In this document: piece by piece, positions 1 to 9,745 of the stretch | How positions within the stretch are numbered: the first letter of the stretch is position 1 | Layout: every line of letters starts with the position of its first letter | NCBI GenBank assembly: GCA_949286165.1 | Contig: CASDZK010000004.1 | Location: 3,302-67,301 of the forward strand | Length of the DNA: 64,000 bases | Reading direction: 5' to 3' | Source: an uncultured Alistipes sp. | GTDB lineage: Bacteria; Bacteroidota; Bacteroidia; Bacteroidales; Rikenellaceae | Position numbers and translations under genes: made by a program | Notes under the pieces: model-generated | The model's input: only the letters and a program-made list of their open reading frames with translations | Database searches by the model: none | What the model was told of the DNA's origin: nothing

Positions 1-1
1 A

Positions 2-838
2 GAGTTCATCCGGGTAGGTTCCTCCAAAGTACAGAAGACCAATGTGCGGGTAGTCGCCGCAACCAATATCAACCTGAACAAAGCCATTGAACAGGGACGT
101 TTTCGGGAAGATTTGTATTACCGGCTGAATACCGTGCCCATTCAGGTCCCGGCCCTGCACGAACGGAAAGAGGACATCGCCCTGTTGTTTCGGAAATTTT
201 CTTCCGATATCGCGACACAATACCGCATGCCTCCCATTTCCCTGACCCCTCAGGCACGGCAAATGCTCGAAAATTACCGGTGGCCGGGCAATATCCGGCA
301 ACTGAAAAACGTGGCCGAACAAATCTCCGTCATCGAGGAAAGCCGGGAAATAAACGAAACGATCTTGGCGAAATACATCCAGCCCGAATCGGCCCCGTCC
401 ACCCTGCTGGTATCGGACCGCCACGACGAACCGAACGGCAATTTCAACACGGAACGGGAAATACTTTACAAAATTCTGTTCGATCTGCGGCACGATATCA
501 TCGAACTGAAGAATATGGTCGCCGCCCTGGGCGGAACAAACAGCATAAACGCTACCGCAACCCAGAACGACAGAATGTCGTCCGGCACGCTGGTTCCCGT
601 TTCGCAGGCTTATCCGACTTTGCCCACACCGCAAGGACACTACGAAAAAGACATTTTCGACACGGCGGAATTCGTGGACGAACCGGCAGAAACACCTACG
701 AAAGAAAGCGTCCAGCGGGAAGCCATCATCAAAGCGCTGCGGAAGCACGGAGGAAAACGGAAAGACGCAGCGCGGGAACTTTTCATTTCGGAACGCACGT
801 TATACCGGAAAATCAAAGAATTGGGAATCGATGAATAA
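2..838 (+). CDS. sigma-54-dependent Fis-family transcriptional activator (enhancer-binding protein), 5'-truncated by window edge
   Basis: Frame is open from base 2 (EFIRVGSSKVQKTNVRVVAATN...). AAA+ sigma-54-interaction motifs are present (RVVAATN, FREDLYYRLN, ERKEDI, WPGNIRQL). C-terminal Fis-type HTH (ISERTLYRKIKELGI). Confidence 0.9.
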   Translation, partial: EFIRVGSSKVQKTNVRVVAATNINLNKAIEQGRFREDLYYRLNTVPIQVPALHERKEDIALLFRKFSSDIATQYRMPPISLTPQARQMLENYRWPGNIRQLKNVAEQISVIEESREINETILAKYIQPESAPSTLLVSDRHDEPNGNFNTEREILYKILFDLRHDIIELKNMVAALGGTNSINATATQNDRMSSGTLVPVSQAYPTLPTPQGHYEKDIFDTAEFVDEPAETPTKESVQREAIIKALRKHGGKRKDAARELFISERTLYRKIKELGIDE

Positions 839-1346
839 CCTGAAAAAAATCTTTTGCGCGGTCATCGTCTTTTCGACCGCCGTACTGTCCGGCTGCACGA
901 TCAAATACTCGTTCAGCGGAGCTTCGATCGCTCCGGAAGTAAAAACCGTCAGCATTCAGCAGTTTCAGAACATCGCCACACTGGTAGTTCCCTCGCTGAG
1001 CTCCCAATTGACCGAAGCCCTGCAAGACAGATTCACGCGGCAGACCCGGCTCGAACTGGTACGGGAAGACGGGGATTTCAGCTTCGAAGGCAACATTACC
1101 AACTACACCTCGACCCCCATCGCCGTAACCGGAGACGAATACGCTTCCATGAACCGGCTGACCGTTACCGTAAAGGTAACTTTCGTCAACAAGATACAAC
1201 CGGAATACAACTTCTCCAAACAATTCTCGGCTTTCGAAGACTACGATTCCAATATGTTGATGCAGGAGGCAGAACCCACGTTGCTGCCGGAAATCATAGA
1301 ACAACTGGTAGAAGACATCTTCAACCAAGCCGTTTCCAATTGGTAA
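831..1346 (+). CDS. LptE-family-like outer-membrane lipoprotein
   Basis: Lipoprotein signal with lipobox LSGC; 171 aa. ATG overlaps the regulator stop by 8 nt (ATGAATAA). Sequence and the regulator-LptE-x-SecG order resemble Bacteroidota LptE-family proteins as I remember them; no search was run. Confidence 0.6.
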   Translation: MNNLKKIFCAVIVFSTAVLSGCTIKYSFSGASIAPEVKTVSIQQFQNIATLVVPSLSSQLTEALQDRFTRQTRLELVREDGDFSFEGNITNYTSTPIAVTGDEYASMNRLTVTVKVTFVNKIQPEYNFSKQFSAFEDYDSNMLMQEAEPTLLPEIIEQLVEDIFNQAVSNW

Positions 1347-1348
1347 GC

Positions 1349-1891
1349 ATGAATACGCAGGAATTTTACTTTTTACTCGATCATCCGGAGCTGGCGGCAT
1401 CCTATCTCCCGGAACTGGAAGAAATCGCCGACCGGTATCCGTGGTTCATTCTCGGGAAATCGTTATTGTCCGCAGGCTATCGGGACCTGCCCGACACGGA
1501 CGACAGGAAACGGCGGTTGAACCGGGAAACGGCTCTGCATGCCTTGGCCTGCAATTTCCGGCCCATTCGTTCCGTTCCGCAACAGGAACAGTCCGGCACG
1601 ATGCAAATCATCGACCGCTTTCTGGCCCGTCCGCCGAAACGGATCGTTCCTCCCCCTCGTCCCGCCGAAGGCGACCCGGAAGCAGAAGACCTCGCCGCAG
1701 CGAACAAGGCACGCGCGGAAATTGCCAGCGAGACGCTTGCCGAAATTTATGAACGACAAGGTCTATTCGACCGATCGATCGACATTTATCGGAAATTAAG
1801 TTTGAAATTTCCGGAAAAAAGTATTTACTTTGCGAATCGAATTACGCAGTTGCAGGCCCGGATAACGGCTGCACAGCCTCAAACAGAATAA
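1349..1891 (+). CDS. hypothetical protein (conserved-looking, helical C-terminus)
   Basis: ATG at 1349 lies 3 nt after the LptE stop (MNTQEFYFLLDHPELAASYL...). The ORF-track start at 854 is an upstream extension overlapping LptE in another frame. No catalytic motif recognised. Confidence 0.6.
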   Translation: MNTQEFYFLLDHPELAASYLPELEEIADRYPWFILGKSLLSAGYRDLPDTDDRKRRLNRETALHALACNFRPIRSVPQQEQSGTMQIIDRFLARPPKRIVPPPRPAEGDPEAEDLAAANKARAEIASETLAEIYERQGLFDRSIDIYRKLSLKFPEKSIYFANRITQLQARITAAQPQTE

Positions 1892-1910
1892 AACGTTAAA
1901 CTGAAAAAAC

Positions 1911-2261
1911 ATGTATATTTTTGTTATCGTACTCATCATCATTGCAAGCATCCTTCTGATTCTTGCGGTATTGGCCCAACATCCCAAAAGCGGCATGGCC
2001 GCTAATTTCGGAGCGTCGAATCAGGTCATGGGCGTACGCCAGACTACCGATTTTCTGGAAAAGTTTACCTGGGGAATTTCCATTTCAATCGTCGTATTGA
2101 GCCTGATAGCCACGATGGTCATGCCCAGCAAAAATATACAGCAAAGCAAATCGTTACTGGAAGAAAGCATGGTGCAGGATATCGAGAACACGCAAATTTT
2201 CAACAACGAAGCCTTGCCTGCCGGCATTACCGTTCCTTCGGACGCCGACAGCACGAAATAA
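1911..2261 (+). CDS. secG: preprotein translocase subunit SecG
   Basis: 116 aa with two hydrophobic helices. Core HPKSGMAANFGASNQVMGVRQTTDFLEKFTW is typical of SecG. Confidence 0.85.
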   Translation: MYIFVIVLIIIASILLILAVLAQHPKSGMAANFGASNQVMGVRQTTDFLEKFTWGISISIVVLSLIATMVMPSKNIQQSKSLLEESMVQDIENTQIFNNEALPAGITVPSDADSTK

Positions 2262-2341
2262 CAAACGGTTCGCAATCCGATTTTGCTAAGCTGTTCTTCT
2301 CGGAAGAACGGCTTTTTTTATAACCCCAAACAAAACGATCC

Positions 2342-4606
2342 ATGATGTTCAAAACCTTTTTTACCCGATTCGTTCCGGTAGCGACAGCCTGCCTGCTACT
2401 GGGGAATTGCAGTTCGGTTCCCGAAACGCCGGAACGCATTACGCTCGTCAATAAGTTCATAGGAACAGCCGGAAACGGATGCATCAGCCCTTTGGCCGCC
2501 GTACCGTTCGGCATGGTGCAACTGGGTGCGGACACCCGTCCCTACAGCTCAGGATACCATTATCAGCATGACGAGATATTAGGATTCAGCCATGTACACA
2601 AAAGCGGTGCGGGATGCGGGGATTTTCTCGATATCCTGTTCATGCCCCTGCCTCCGGATACCGCAACCGACAGCATTGCGGAATTGCGTTCCGAGTACTG
2701 GAGATCGAAATTTTCCCATGACAAGGAATGGAGCCTGCCGGGATACTACGGGGTAAACCTGCACGACGACCGGATGAAGGTAGAGCTGACCGCATCGGAC
2801 CGTTGCGGGCTGCAACGCTACCGATATGCGGAAAACAGTCCGATGCCCCTGATAATCGATTTGGAATACGGTTCCCGTTCGGCCTGCACCATACAGAGCG
2901 AGCACGATGTGGACACGGTATATTACGCCTCGTTGGAGATGGTCGATGACCGGACCGTTCGGGGTTGCCGCCTGACCAACGGATTCGCGCCGCACCAACA
3001 CGTCTATTTCTATACCGTATTCTCTTCGCCCATCGAATCGTTTACCCTCTATTCCGACAACATTCGACAACCCGGAGTTACCCGAGCCGAAGGAATGAAT
3101 CTGAAAGCCGTCATTTCTTTCGAAAAAGGAAACGAGCTGGAAATAAAAACCGGAATATCCGCCGTAGATCTGGACGGAGCGGAACGCAACTACCGGACGG
3201 AGGCAAAAGACCGTTCGTTCGAAACCGTAAAAACACAGGCTTTCGACCGCTGGGCCGACCTGTTGGGTACGATCGACATAGAAACTCCCGATCCCCGCAA
3301 AAAAGAGTTGTTCTATACCGCCTTGTACAACACCATGCTGTACCCGATGCTCTATTCCGACACGGACTTCCGGTTCCGGGGACCGGATGACCGGATACAC
3401 CGGACGGACGGATTCAATTATTACGGAGCGGTCATGGGACTATGGGACACCTTTCGGGCCGCTTGCCCGTTAGAAGCCGTATTGCGCCCCGACATCATCG
3501 AAGACTACGTGAAAACGGCGCTGGAACACTACAAACATGCAGGCCAGCTTCCCATATGGACGTTAGCCGGCGCGGAAACCTACCAAATGATCGGCCTGCA
3601 TTCCATGCCATTAATTACGAACGCCTACCTGAACGGAATCCGCAACTTCGACACGGAACTGGCTTTGCAGGCCATGACGGAATCGGCCATGAAAGATTCC
3701 TGCGGAACCTCCATGGGCTATTTCGTCGGATTGCGCAATTACAAGAAATACGGCTATGTCCCCTGCGATATGGAAATGGAAGCGGTTGCCCGCACGCTCG
3801 AATATGCCTACGACGACCACGCCATTGCCCAATTCGCCCGCATGACCGGAGACACCGCGAAATACGAACTGTTCCGGAACCGGTCGTTCAACTACCAGAA
3901 CGTCATCGACCCGGAAACTTTACTGGCCCGGGGACGAATGAAAAACGGCCAATGGCGTACCCCGTTTTATCCGTTGCGTTCTTCCCACCGCAACGACGAC
4001 TATTGCGAAGGCAATGCCTGGCAATGGACCTTTTTCGTTCCGCACGACGTGGAAGGGCTGGCCGAAATCATGGGAGGGAAAAAGGTTCTGGCCCGTATGC
4101 TGGATTCCCTTTTCACTACCGGAGCTTCGCTGGAAGGAGAATCGGCTTCGGGAGACATTACGGGCCTGATCGGGCAATACGCCCACGGCAACGAACCCGG
4201 ACACCACACGATATACATGTACAACCGGGTGGGAGAACCCGAAAAAACGCAATTCTACGTTCATAAAGTACTGACCGAGCTATATGACAACACGCCGGAA
4301 GGAATCTGCGGAAACGAGGATACCGGACAGATGAGCGCATGGTATGTTTTCAGCGCCATGGGATTCTACCCGATGGATCCGGTGTCGGGACAGTACGAAC
4401 TGGGAACGCCCTTGTTCGAAAAAACGACATTGCATTTGCCATCGGGAAAAGATTTTACCGTTACGGCCGAAAATCTCGGCGACGAGAATATTTTCGTGGA
4501 CGAAGTGCGGCTGAACGGGAAAAAGCTGGAACGGACCTACATCACATTCGATGAATTGCTGGCGGGAGGGACCTTGACTTTCCGCATGAAAGGAAAAAAC
4601 GATTGA
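2342..4606 (+). CDS. GH92 family alpha-mannosidase (exported/lipoprotein)
   Basis: N-terminal signal ending LLLGNC. GH92 signatures FIGTAGNG, VPFGMVQLGADT, GFSHVHKSGAGCGD and C-terminal GNEPGHHTIYMYN; 754 aa. Confidence 0.9.
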   Translation: MMFKTFFTRFVPVATACLLLGNCSSVPETPERITLVNKFIGTAGNGCISPLAAVPFGMVQLGADTRPYSSGYHYQHDEILGFSHVHKSGAGCGDFLDILFMPLPPDTATDSIAELRSEYWRSKFSHDKEWSLPGYYGVNLHDDRMKVELTASDRCGLQRYRYAENSPMPLIIDLEYGSRSACTIQSEHDVDTVYYASLEMVDDRTVRGCRLTNGFAPHQHVYFYTVFSSPIESFTLYSDNIRQPGVTRAEGMNLKAVISFEKGNELEIKTGISAVDLDGAERNYRTEAKDRSFETVKTQAFDRWADLLGTIDIETPDPRKKELFYTALYNTMLYPMLYSDTDFRFRGPDDRIHRTDGFNYYGAVMGLWDTFRAACPLEAVLRPDIIEDYVKTALEHYKHAGQLPIWTLAGAETYQMIGLHSMPLITNAYLNGIRNFDTELALQAMTESAMKDSCGTSMGYFVGLRNYKKYGYVPCDMEMEAVARTLEYAYDDHAIAQFARMTGDTAKYELFRNRSFNYQNVIDPETLLARGRMKNGQWRTPFYPLRSSHRNDDYCEGNAWQWTFFVPHDVEGLAEIMGGKKVLARMLDSLFTTGASLEGESASGDITGLIGQYAHGNEPGHHTIYMYNRVGEPEKTQFYVHKVLTELYDNTPEGICGNEDTGQMSAWYVFSAMGFYPMDPVSGQYELGTPLFEKTTLHLPSGKDFTVTAENLGDENIFVDEVRLNGKKLERTYITFDELLAGGTLTFRMKGKND

Positions 4607-4621
4607 CCGTCTATTCACGAA

Positions 4622-4660
4622 AGAGGCCGACCCAAAAGAGAATTTTTGAGGTCGGCTTCT
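4622..4660. terminator. bidirectional hairpin between convergent GH92 and C1-peptidase genes
   Basis: 11-bp stem (4622-4632 pairs with 4650-4660, one G-U) and a 17-nt loop. It sits in the 89-bp convergent gap. Confidence 0.55.
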
Positions 4661-4695
4661 TGTTTCGCCTTATTTATTTTCCGAACGCTTCAACA

Positions 4696-5880
4696 TCAAT
4701 CGATGCCCAATTTCTTCTTCGTTTCCTTGGAAAGCGCCTTCTTATTGACTAAGAAATTGATGGTCTTTGCCAAAACGAACGGCCGGGAGGCATAGAAATG
4801 TCCTTCATACACATGGTCCGTACCCCACGAATTTTTTACCTTGTAAAATTTATTTCCGTTCTGGTCCTTGGCGATACCGTACAACTGCATGCCGTGGTCG
4901 TCCGTTGTCAGATAATTGTCGAACTCCGCCTGACGGCTCTCCTGAGTAACCTGTTGTTCCGGCACGACGGTTTCGAACTTATACATGCGGTCCGCACGTT
5001 CCTTGTCCGTCATGTCCACCCATTTATCCTTTTCGTTATTATCCATGGATTCGATTTTCAGTTCAGGCAACACGGCAAACCCCTTGTTGTAGGCAAACCC
5101 TTTTTCGCTGACGTCGGACGCCCAGGAAACGGTGTATCCGGCTTCCAACACTTCGTCCAAAATACGCTCGAATTCATCCAACGGCACGTTGTAGGAAACG
5201 CCCCATGCCCAGTTGTCCGGGATTTCCACGGCAAACGGCTGGTAGAAAGGATGGTGTGTGAAAGAAGTTATGGAAACGTAATCGTCGGGGTCGATGCCCA
5301 TCTCCTGAGCGAAACTTTTCGGGGTGTATTCTTTTCCCTGATAAGTGAATTTTTCAGGCACAGGACCGAAATAAGCATCCAAGATGCCGTTCAGACCGGC
5401 AATCCAGGCCGTAGATAATTTCTGGTTTCCGTTTTTGACGATCGCATCGGCGTAATTTTTCAGCACGTTATCCAATTCGCCGTGTACGTGGCTGTCCGTT
5501 CCGTAATTCAACCCCGGATAAGCCTCTTCCGGAACCAGACCGTATTCCCGAACAACGTTCGGTATATCGTGCGCATTGCCGCCCGGAGAAAGGTTCATGG
5601 CTCCGTGCAGACGAACGTATTTCAACACCTTATTGAAATACGTATGCCGGACGATCCACATTTCGGAAAGGTCCACCTCTCCTTTTCCGTTCTTGATGAT
5701 ATCGCTTTCAAGCGTCGCATTCGTTCCGAAACTCCAGCATGTCCCCGAACGATTCTGATTCTTGGCTCCCGTAACCGGATTCACTTTCACATCGGTAAAC
5801 GTGTACGGCTTGTTGTCCTGCGCCGACACCTGTACTGTCATGGCCGCCAACAGGGATGCCATCCAAACAATTTTCTTCAT
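4696..5880 (-). CDS. C1-family cysteine peptidase (aminopeptidase C / bleomycin-hydrolase-like), secreted
   Basis: Signal peptide [21 protein letters not shown]. Papain-type active-site context [12 protein letters not shown]; 394 aa. Confidence 0.88.
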   Translation of the reverse strand: MKKIVWMASLLAAMTVQVSAQDNKPYTFTDVKVNPVTGAKNQNRSGTCWSFGTNATLESDIIKNGKGEVDLSEMWIVRHTYFNKVLKYVRLHGAMNLSPGGNAHDIPNVVREYGLVPEEAYPGLNYGTDSHVHGELDNVLKNYADAIVKNGNQKLSTAWIAGLNGILDAYFGPVPEKFTYQGKEYTPKSFAQEMGIDPDDYVSITSFTHHPFYQPFAVEIPDNWAWGVSYNVPLDEFERILDEVLEAGYTVSWASDVSEKGFAYNKGFAVLPELKIESMDNNEKDKWVDMTDKERADRMYKFETVVPEQQVTQESRQAEFDNYLTTDDHGMQLYGIAKDQNGNKFYKVKNSWGTDHVYEGHFYASRPFVLAKTINFLVNKKALSKETKKKLGID

Positions 5881-6049
5881 TCTTTCAGCGGTATTTTACA
5901 TTATTAATTCGTTTTATGCGATCTCTTCCCTTTCCTGCCCGACAAGGGCATTCGGAAACATTCTCCGACGGTCGGAACGAAACGGGTTTCAAGACTTTCA
6001 CGAAAGTAATAAAAAATATACATTCCTGTTTTTTTCAGGCAAATTATTT

Positions 6050-6057
6050 TATCTTTG
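6050..6057 (+). promoter_or_regulatory. candidate Bacteroidota -7 promoter box (TAtcTTTG) for nagB
   Basis: Exact TAnnTTTG match, 30 nt upstream of the nagB ATG (6087). Confidence 0.5.
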
Positions 6058-6086
6058 TTTCTTGTACTTTTAACGAAAAATTGCTT

Positions 6087-6896
6087 ATGAGAGTTATCAT
6101 CGAACCTGATTATCAAAACGTTTCCCGTTGGACTGCACGGTATATCGCGAAAAGCATAAACGATTTCGCTCCGACTCCCGAAAAACCCTATATACTGGGA
6201 TTGCCTACCGGCAGCACCCCCATAGGAACCTACAAGGAATTGATCGAGCTGAACCGGAACGGAAAAGTGTCTTTCCGAAACGTTATCACGTTCAACATGG
6301 ACGAGTACGTGGGGATTCCGCAAAACCATCCCCAAAGCTACCATTCGTTCATGTGGGAAAACTTTTTCAACCATATCGACATCCCGAAAGAAAACGTAAA
6401 TATCCTCAACGGAAACGCTCCCGACCTGCAAGCGGAATGCGAACGCTACGAAGCCAAAATCAAAAGCGTGGGAGGAATCAACCTGTTCATGGGAGGAATC
6501 GGACCCGACGGGCATATCGCATTCAACGAGCCTTGTTCATCCCTTGCTTCGCGCACACGGGTCAAAACATTGACCATGGATACCATCATAGCCAATTCCC
6601 GATTCTTCGACAACGATATCAATAAAGTGCCCAAAACAGCCTTGACAGTAGGCGTGGGAACCATTCTCGATTCGCGGGAAGTCCTGATTATCGTCAACGG
6701 ACACGGCAAAGCCCGCGCTTTACGCCACGGCATCGAAGGCAGTGTTACGCACATGTGGACGATTTCCGCCCTGCAAACCCACCCCAAAGGCATTATCGTA
6801 TGCGACGAAGATTCAACGGCCGAAATCAAAGTGGGAACCTACCGCTATTTCAAGGATATCGAAAAAGAGAACCTTTCTCCCGATTCGTTATTATAG
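6087..6896 (+). CDS. nagB: glucosamine-6-phosphate deaminase
   Basis: [15 protein letters not shown]..., [17 protein letters not shown] and [13 protein letters not shown]; 269 aa. The ORF-track start at 5856 is an implausible upstream extension. Confidence 0.95.
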   Translation: MRVIIEPDYQNVSRWTARYIAKSINDFAPTPEKPYILGLPTGSTPIGTYKELIELNRNGKVSFRNVITFNMDEYVGIPQNHPQSYHSFMWENFFNHIDIPKENVNILNGNAPDLQAECERYEAKIKSVGGINLFMGGIGPDGHIAFNEPCSSLASRTRVKTLTMDTIIANSRFFDNDINKVPKTALTVGVGTILDSREVLIIVNGHGKARALRHGIEGSVTHMWTISALQTHPKGIIVCDEDSTAEIKVGTYRYFKDIEKENLSPDSLL

Positions 6897-6951
6897 GACC
6901 TTAACATATAAAAAGGGGGGGCTAAATAACTCCCCTCCATACTTTACCGAC

Positions 6952-6994
6952 AAGTTGAATTCTAAGTTTTTTCCAAAAACTTAGAATTCAACTT
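6952..6994. terminator. perfect 20-bp-stem bidirectional terminator (nagB / transporter convergent gap)
   Basis: AAGTTGAATTCTAAGTTTTT (6952-6971) is the exact reverse complement of 6975-6994, with a 3-nt loop. The A/T runs lie inside the stem, so it can terminate in both directions. Confidence 0.75.
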
Positions 6995-7013
6995 TTTATG
7001 CCTTAATTCCGTT

Positions 7014-8672
7014 TCACAAAAACAACATCAACAACTGGGCGATAATCACGCGAAGAAACATCGTCAGCGGATAAACCGTCGCATACGACACGGAAGAAAC
7101 GTCCGTACCGGTTACCGTATTCGCATACCCCAAAGCCATGGGATTCGACATGCTTCCGCACAACATGCCCGCTACCGTGCCGTAATCGAGTTTGAAAAAG
7201 CGAACGGAAACGAACGCCATAATCAGAACGGGGACCATCGTTATGCAAAAGCCCAACAACAACCAGACGGCTCCTTCGGGACGGAACACCGTTTCGAAAA
7301 AATGTTCGCCCGCGTCCAGTCCCAAACAGGACAAATATATGGAAAGGCCCAACCCTCTCAACATCAGATTGGCACTTTGCGTCGTATAGGTAACCATATG
7401 CCATCTGGGTCCGAAAGCCCCCATCAAAATTCCCATAATGATCGGTCCTCCGGCGATTCCCAAACAAACGGGGAACTGGACGCCCGGTATGGACAAAGGA
7501 ATGCTTCCTAAAATCAGTCCCAACACGATTCCGATGAAAACCGCCACCAGATTCGGCTCTTTCAGGCGCGTAACCTTATTCCCCAACACTTTTTCCACGT
7601 TGGAAACGGAAGCCGCCTCGCCCACGATCGTCAAGCGGTCTCCCACCTGCAACATCAGTTCCGAAGAAGGCATCAACTCCATCCCCGCCCGGTAAACCCG
7701 GGTAATGTTGATTCCGTAATGGTTGCGCAAACGCAAAGTCCCGAGCTTTTTCCCGTTTACTTCCGGACGCGTGACCAGAATACGGGCCGAAATCAATTGG
7801 TTGTCGATAGCGTTCCAGTCGATATTGTCCTTGTTCCAATCGATATTCTCCTGTTCGCCGAACAGCATGGTCAAAGCGCCGACATCCGCTTCGGACGAAA
7901 TGATCAGCAAATGATCATTTTCAAGGACAACCGTATCCGACGTCGGGATCGTTACCTTTCCGTTTCGCCACAACCGGGAAATAACGAACTTCTTGGAAGA
8001 CAACGCCGCTATTTCCTGTACGGTACGATTGAAAATGCCGGGATTGCGTACTTCGAAGCTGGTTATGTACGTTTTATAAGCCGGCCGGCCGCTGCGGGTC
8101 GTCTGAACGGCCTCTCCCCGATACAGGCCACGCAACAGCACCAAAGCCAGAATGACACCAACCACGCCCAACGGATAAGCGACGGCGCAGGCCATGGCCA
8201 TTCCCTCCTCTCCTACCGCAGCCTGACGCAAAGTCTGCTGCGCCGCACCCAAAGCCGGAGTATTGGTTACTGCTCCGGATAAGATACCTACCATATCCGG
8301 CAAGGAAACACCGCAGAAGTAATGGAACAGCAAAGTCATCAACGTACCGATCAGCACTACGCCCAAAGCCAGCATGTTCAAACGAATTCCCCCTTTCCGC
8401 AAAGAAGAAAAGAAACCGGGTCCCACCTGCAGTCCGAGCGCATACACGAACAGCACCAGTCCGAAAGTCTCGGCATACCCCAACATGACCGGATCGATTT
8501 TCAGCCCGGCATGCCGGGCCAGAATACCGGCGAAAAAGACGAACGTTACCCCTAAGGACACGCCGAAAATCTTGATCTGCCCCAAAGCCACACCGACAGC
8601 AGACAGCAGACATATTACGATAACAGCCTGTATCACGGTCTGTTGAGAGAACAGATCAATCAGCCAATCCAT
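7014..8672 (-). CDS. YidE/YbjL/AspT-family putative transporter with two central RCK-C (TrkA-C) domains
   Basis: 552 aa. Polytopic N- and C-terminal halves flank two soluble repeats (RLWRNGKVTIPTSDTVVLENDHLLIISS and RVYRAGMELMPSSELMLQVGDRLTIVG). Confidence 0.85.
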   Translation of the reverse strand: MDWLIDLFSQQTVIQAVIVICLLSAVGVALGQIKIFGVSLGVTFVFFAGILARHAGLKIDPVMLGYAETFGLVLFVYALGLQVGPGFFSSLRKGGIRLNMLALGVVLIGTLMTLLFHYFCGVSLPDMVGILSGAVTNTPALGAAQQTLRQAAVGEEGMAMACAVAYPLGVVGVILALVLLRGLYRGEAVQTTRSGRPAYKTYITSFEVRNPGIFNRTVQEIAALSSKKFVISRLWRNGKVTIPTSDTVVLENDHLLIISSEADVGALTMLFGEQENIDWNKDNIDWNAIDNQLISARILVTRPEVNGKKLGTLRLRNHYGINITRVYRAGMELMPSSELMLQVGDRLTIVGEAASVSNVEKVLGNKVTRLKEPNLVAVFIGIVLGLILGSIPLSIPGVQFPVCLGIAGGPIIMGILMGAFGPRWHMVTYTTQSANLMLRGLGLSIYLSCLGLDAGEHFFETVFRPEGAVWLLLGFCITMVPVLIMAFVSVRFFKLDYGTVAGMLCGSMSNPMALGYANTVTGTDVSSVSYATVYPLTMFLRVIIAQLLMLFL

Positions 8673-8766
8673 AATTTTTCGAACTTATAAACACTATAAT
8701 TTGAAAATAAGCGACATGTAAAAGTAGTAAACTTTATCCGATATAAAAAAATATGACTTTTTTCGT

Positions 8767-8774
8767 TACTTTTG
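8767..8774 (+). promoter_or_regulatory. candidate -7 promoter box (TActTTTG) for GT2 gene, leaderless-type spacing
   Basis: Exact TAnnTTTG match. Only 6 nt separate its G from the ATG at 8781. Confidence 0.4.
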
Positions 8775-8780
8775 CAAACA

Positions 8781-9707
8781 ATGAAACAAAACCGTCCCGA
8801 CATAGCCGTCGTTACCGTCAATTACAACGGTCTCGAAACCACGACACAGATGTTGCAGTCTCTTTTCGCCGCATTAGCCGGTTGTCCCTACCCTTTCCGC
8901 GTATGGGTCGTAGACAACGGTTCCAAAACCAATGAAGCGGCCGTACTCGCGCAACGGTTCCCGCAAATCGAGGCAATACGCAGCGAAGAAAATCGGGGAT
9001 TCGCAGGAGGCAACAACTTGGCTATGGAAAAAACAGACGCCGATTTCATCCTGTTGCTGAACAACGACATCATCGTTCGAAACGACTTTGTTACCCCGTT
9101 GGTCAGGCGCTTCGAACAAGACGACCGGGCAGGCATCGTTTCGCCCAAGATACTGGATTACGAGACCGGCACGGTCCAGTTCGCCGGTTATACGACAAAC
9201 AGGCTGATGACGCGCATAACGAACCCGGCTTTCGGGAAAAAAGATTCGGAACGGTTTTCAACCGCCGTTCAGACCCCCTTCGCTCACGGAGCCGCCTTAA
9301 TGATCCGCAAAAGCGTAATCGACCGCATCGGGCCGATGAGCCTGCGTTATTTTCTCTATTTCGAAGAATTGGACTGGTCGGTCAAAGCCGTCCGCGCCGG
9401 TTACCGTATATGGATGGAACCGGCCTCGCAAGTATTGCACCACGGCAGCAGAACCGTAGGCGGACTTTCTCGTTTGAAAATCTATTACAACACCCGCAAC
9501 CGGCTTATTTTCGCCCGTGAAACGCTGCCTTCCCGAACGGCATGGCGTTCCTTCGTCTTCCAACTGTTTTTCTCTTTGCCCAAAAATTGTGTCCGCTACA
9601 TGCGAAACGGGCAAAAACGGCTGATCGGTCCCGCTATCCGGGGAGCCGTCGATTTTCTTCGGGGCAAAGAAGGGTACGCTCCTTACGCCCACCGTTCCCG
9701 ACCTTGA
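8781..9707 (+). CDS. family 2 glycosyltransferase
   Basis: GT-A signatures VVTVNYNG, VVDNGS and LLLNNDIIV. ATG 8781 (MKQNRPD) is preferred over the TTG at 8772. Confidence 0.85.
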   Translation: MKQNRPDIAVVTVNYNGLETTTQMLQSLFAALAGCPYPFRVWVVDNGSKTNEAAVLAQRFPQIEAIRSEENRGFAGGNNLAMEKTDADFILLLNNDIIVRNDFVTPLVRRFEQDDRAGIVSPKILDYETGTVQFAGYTTNRLMTRITNPAFGKKDSERFSTAVQTPFAHGAALMIRKSVIDRIGPMSLRYFLYFEELDWSVKAVRAGYRIWMEPASQVLHHGSRTVGGLSRLKIYYNTRNRLIFARETLPSRTAWRSFVFQLFFSLPKNCVRYMRNGQKRLIGPAIRGAVDFLRGKEGYAPYAHRSRP

Positions 9708-9745
9708 ATTTTCCCCGGCCATTTCCCGTTTTGCCATCGAAACGG

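Noticed and set aside
854-1348. Upstream extension of the 1349..1891 ORF (the track lists 854..1891, 345 aa)
   Set aside because: The extension overlaps the whole LptE-like gene in another frame and is Arg-rich. An ATG at 1349 directly follows the LptE stop.
5856-6086. Upstream extension of nagB
   Set aside because: The NagB homology begins at MRVIIEP (6087). The extension covers the AT-rich promoter region, including the TAtcTTTG box.
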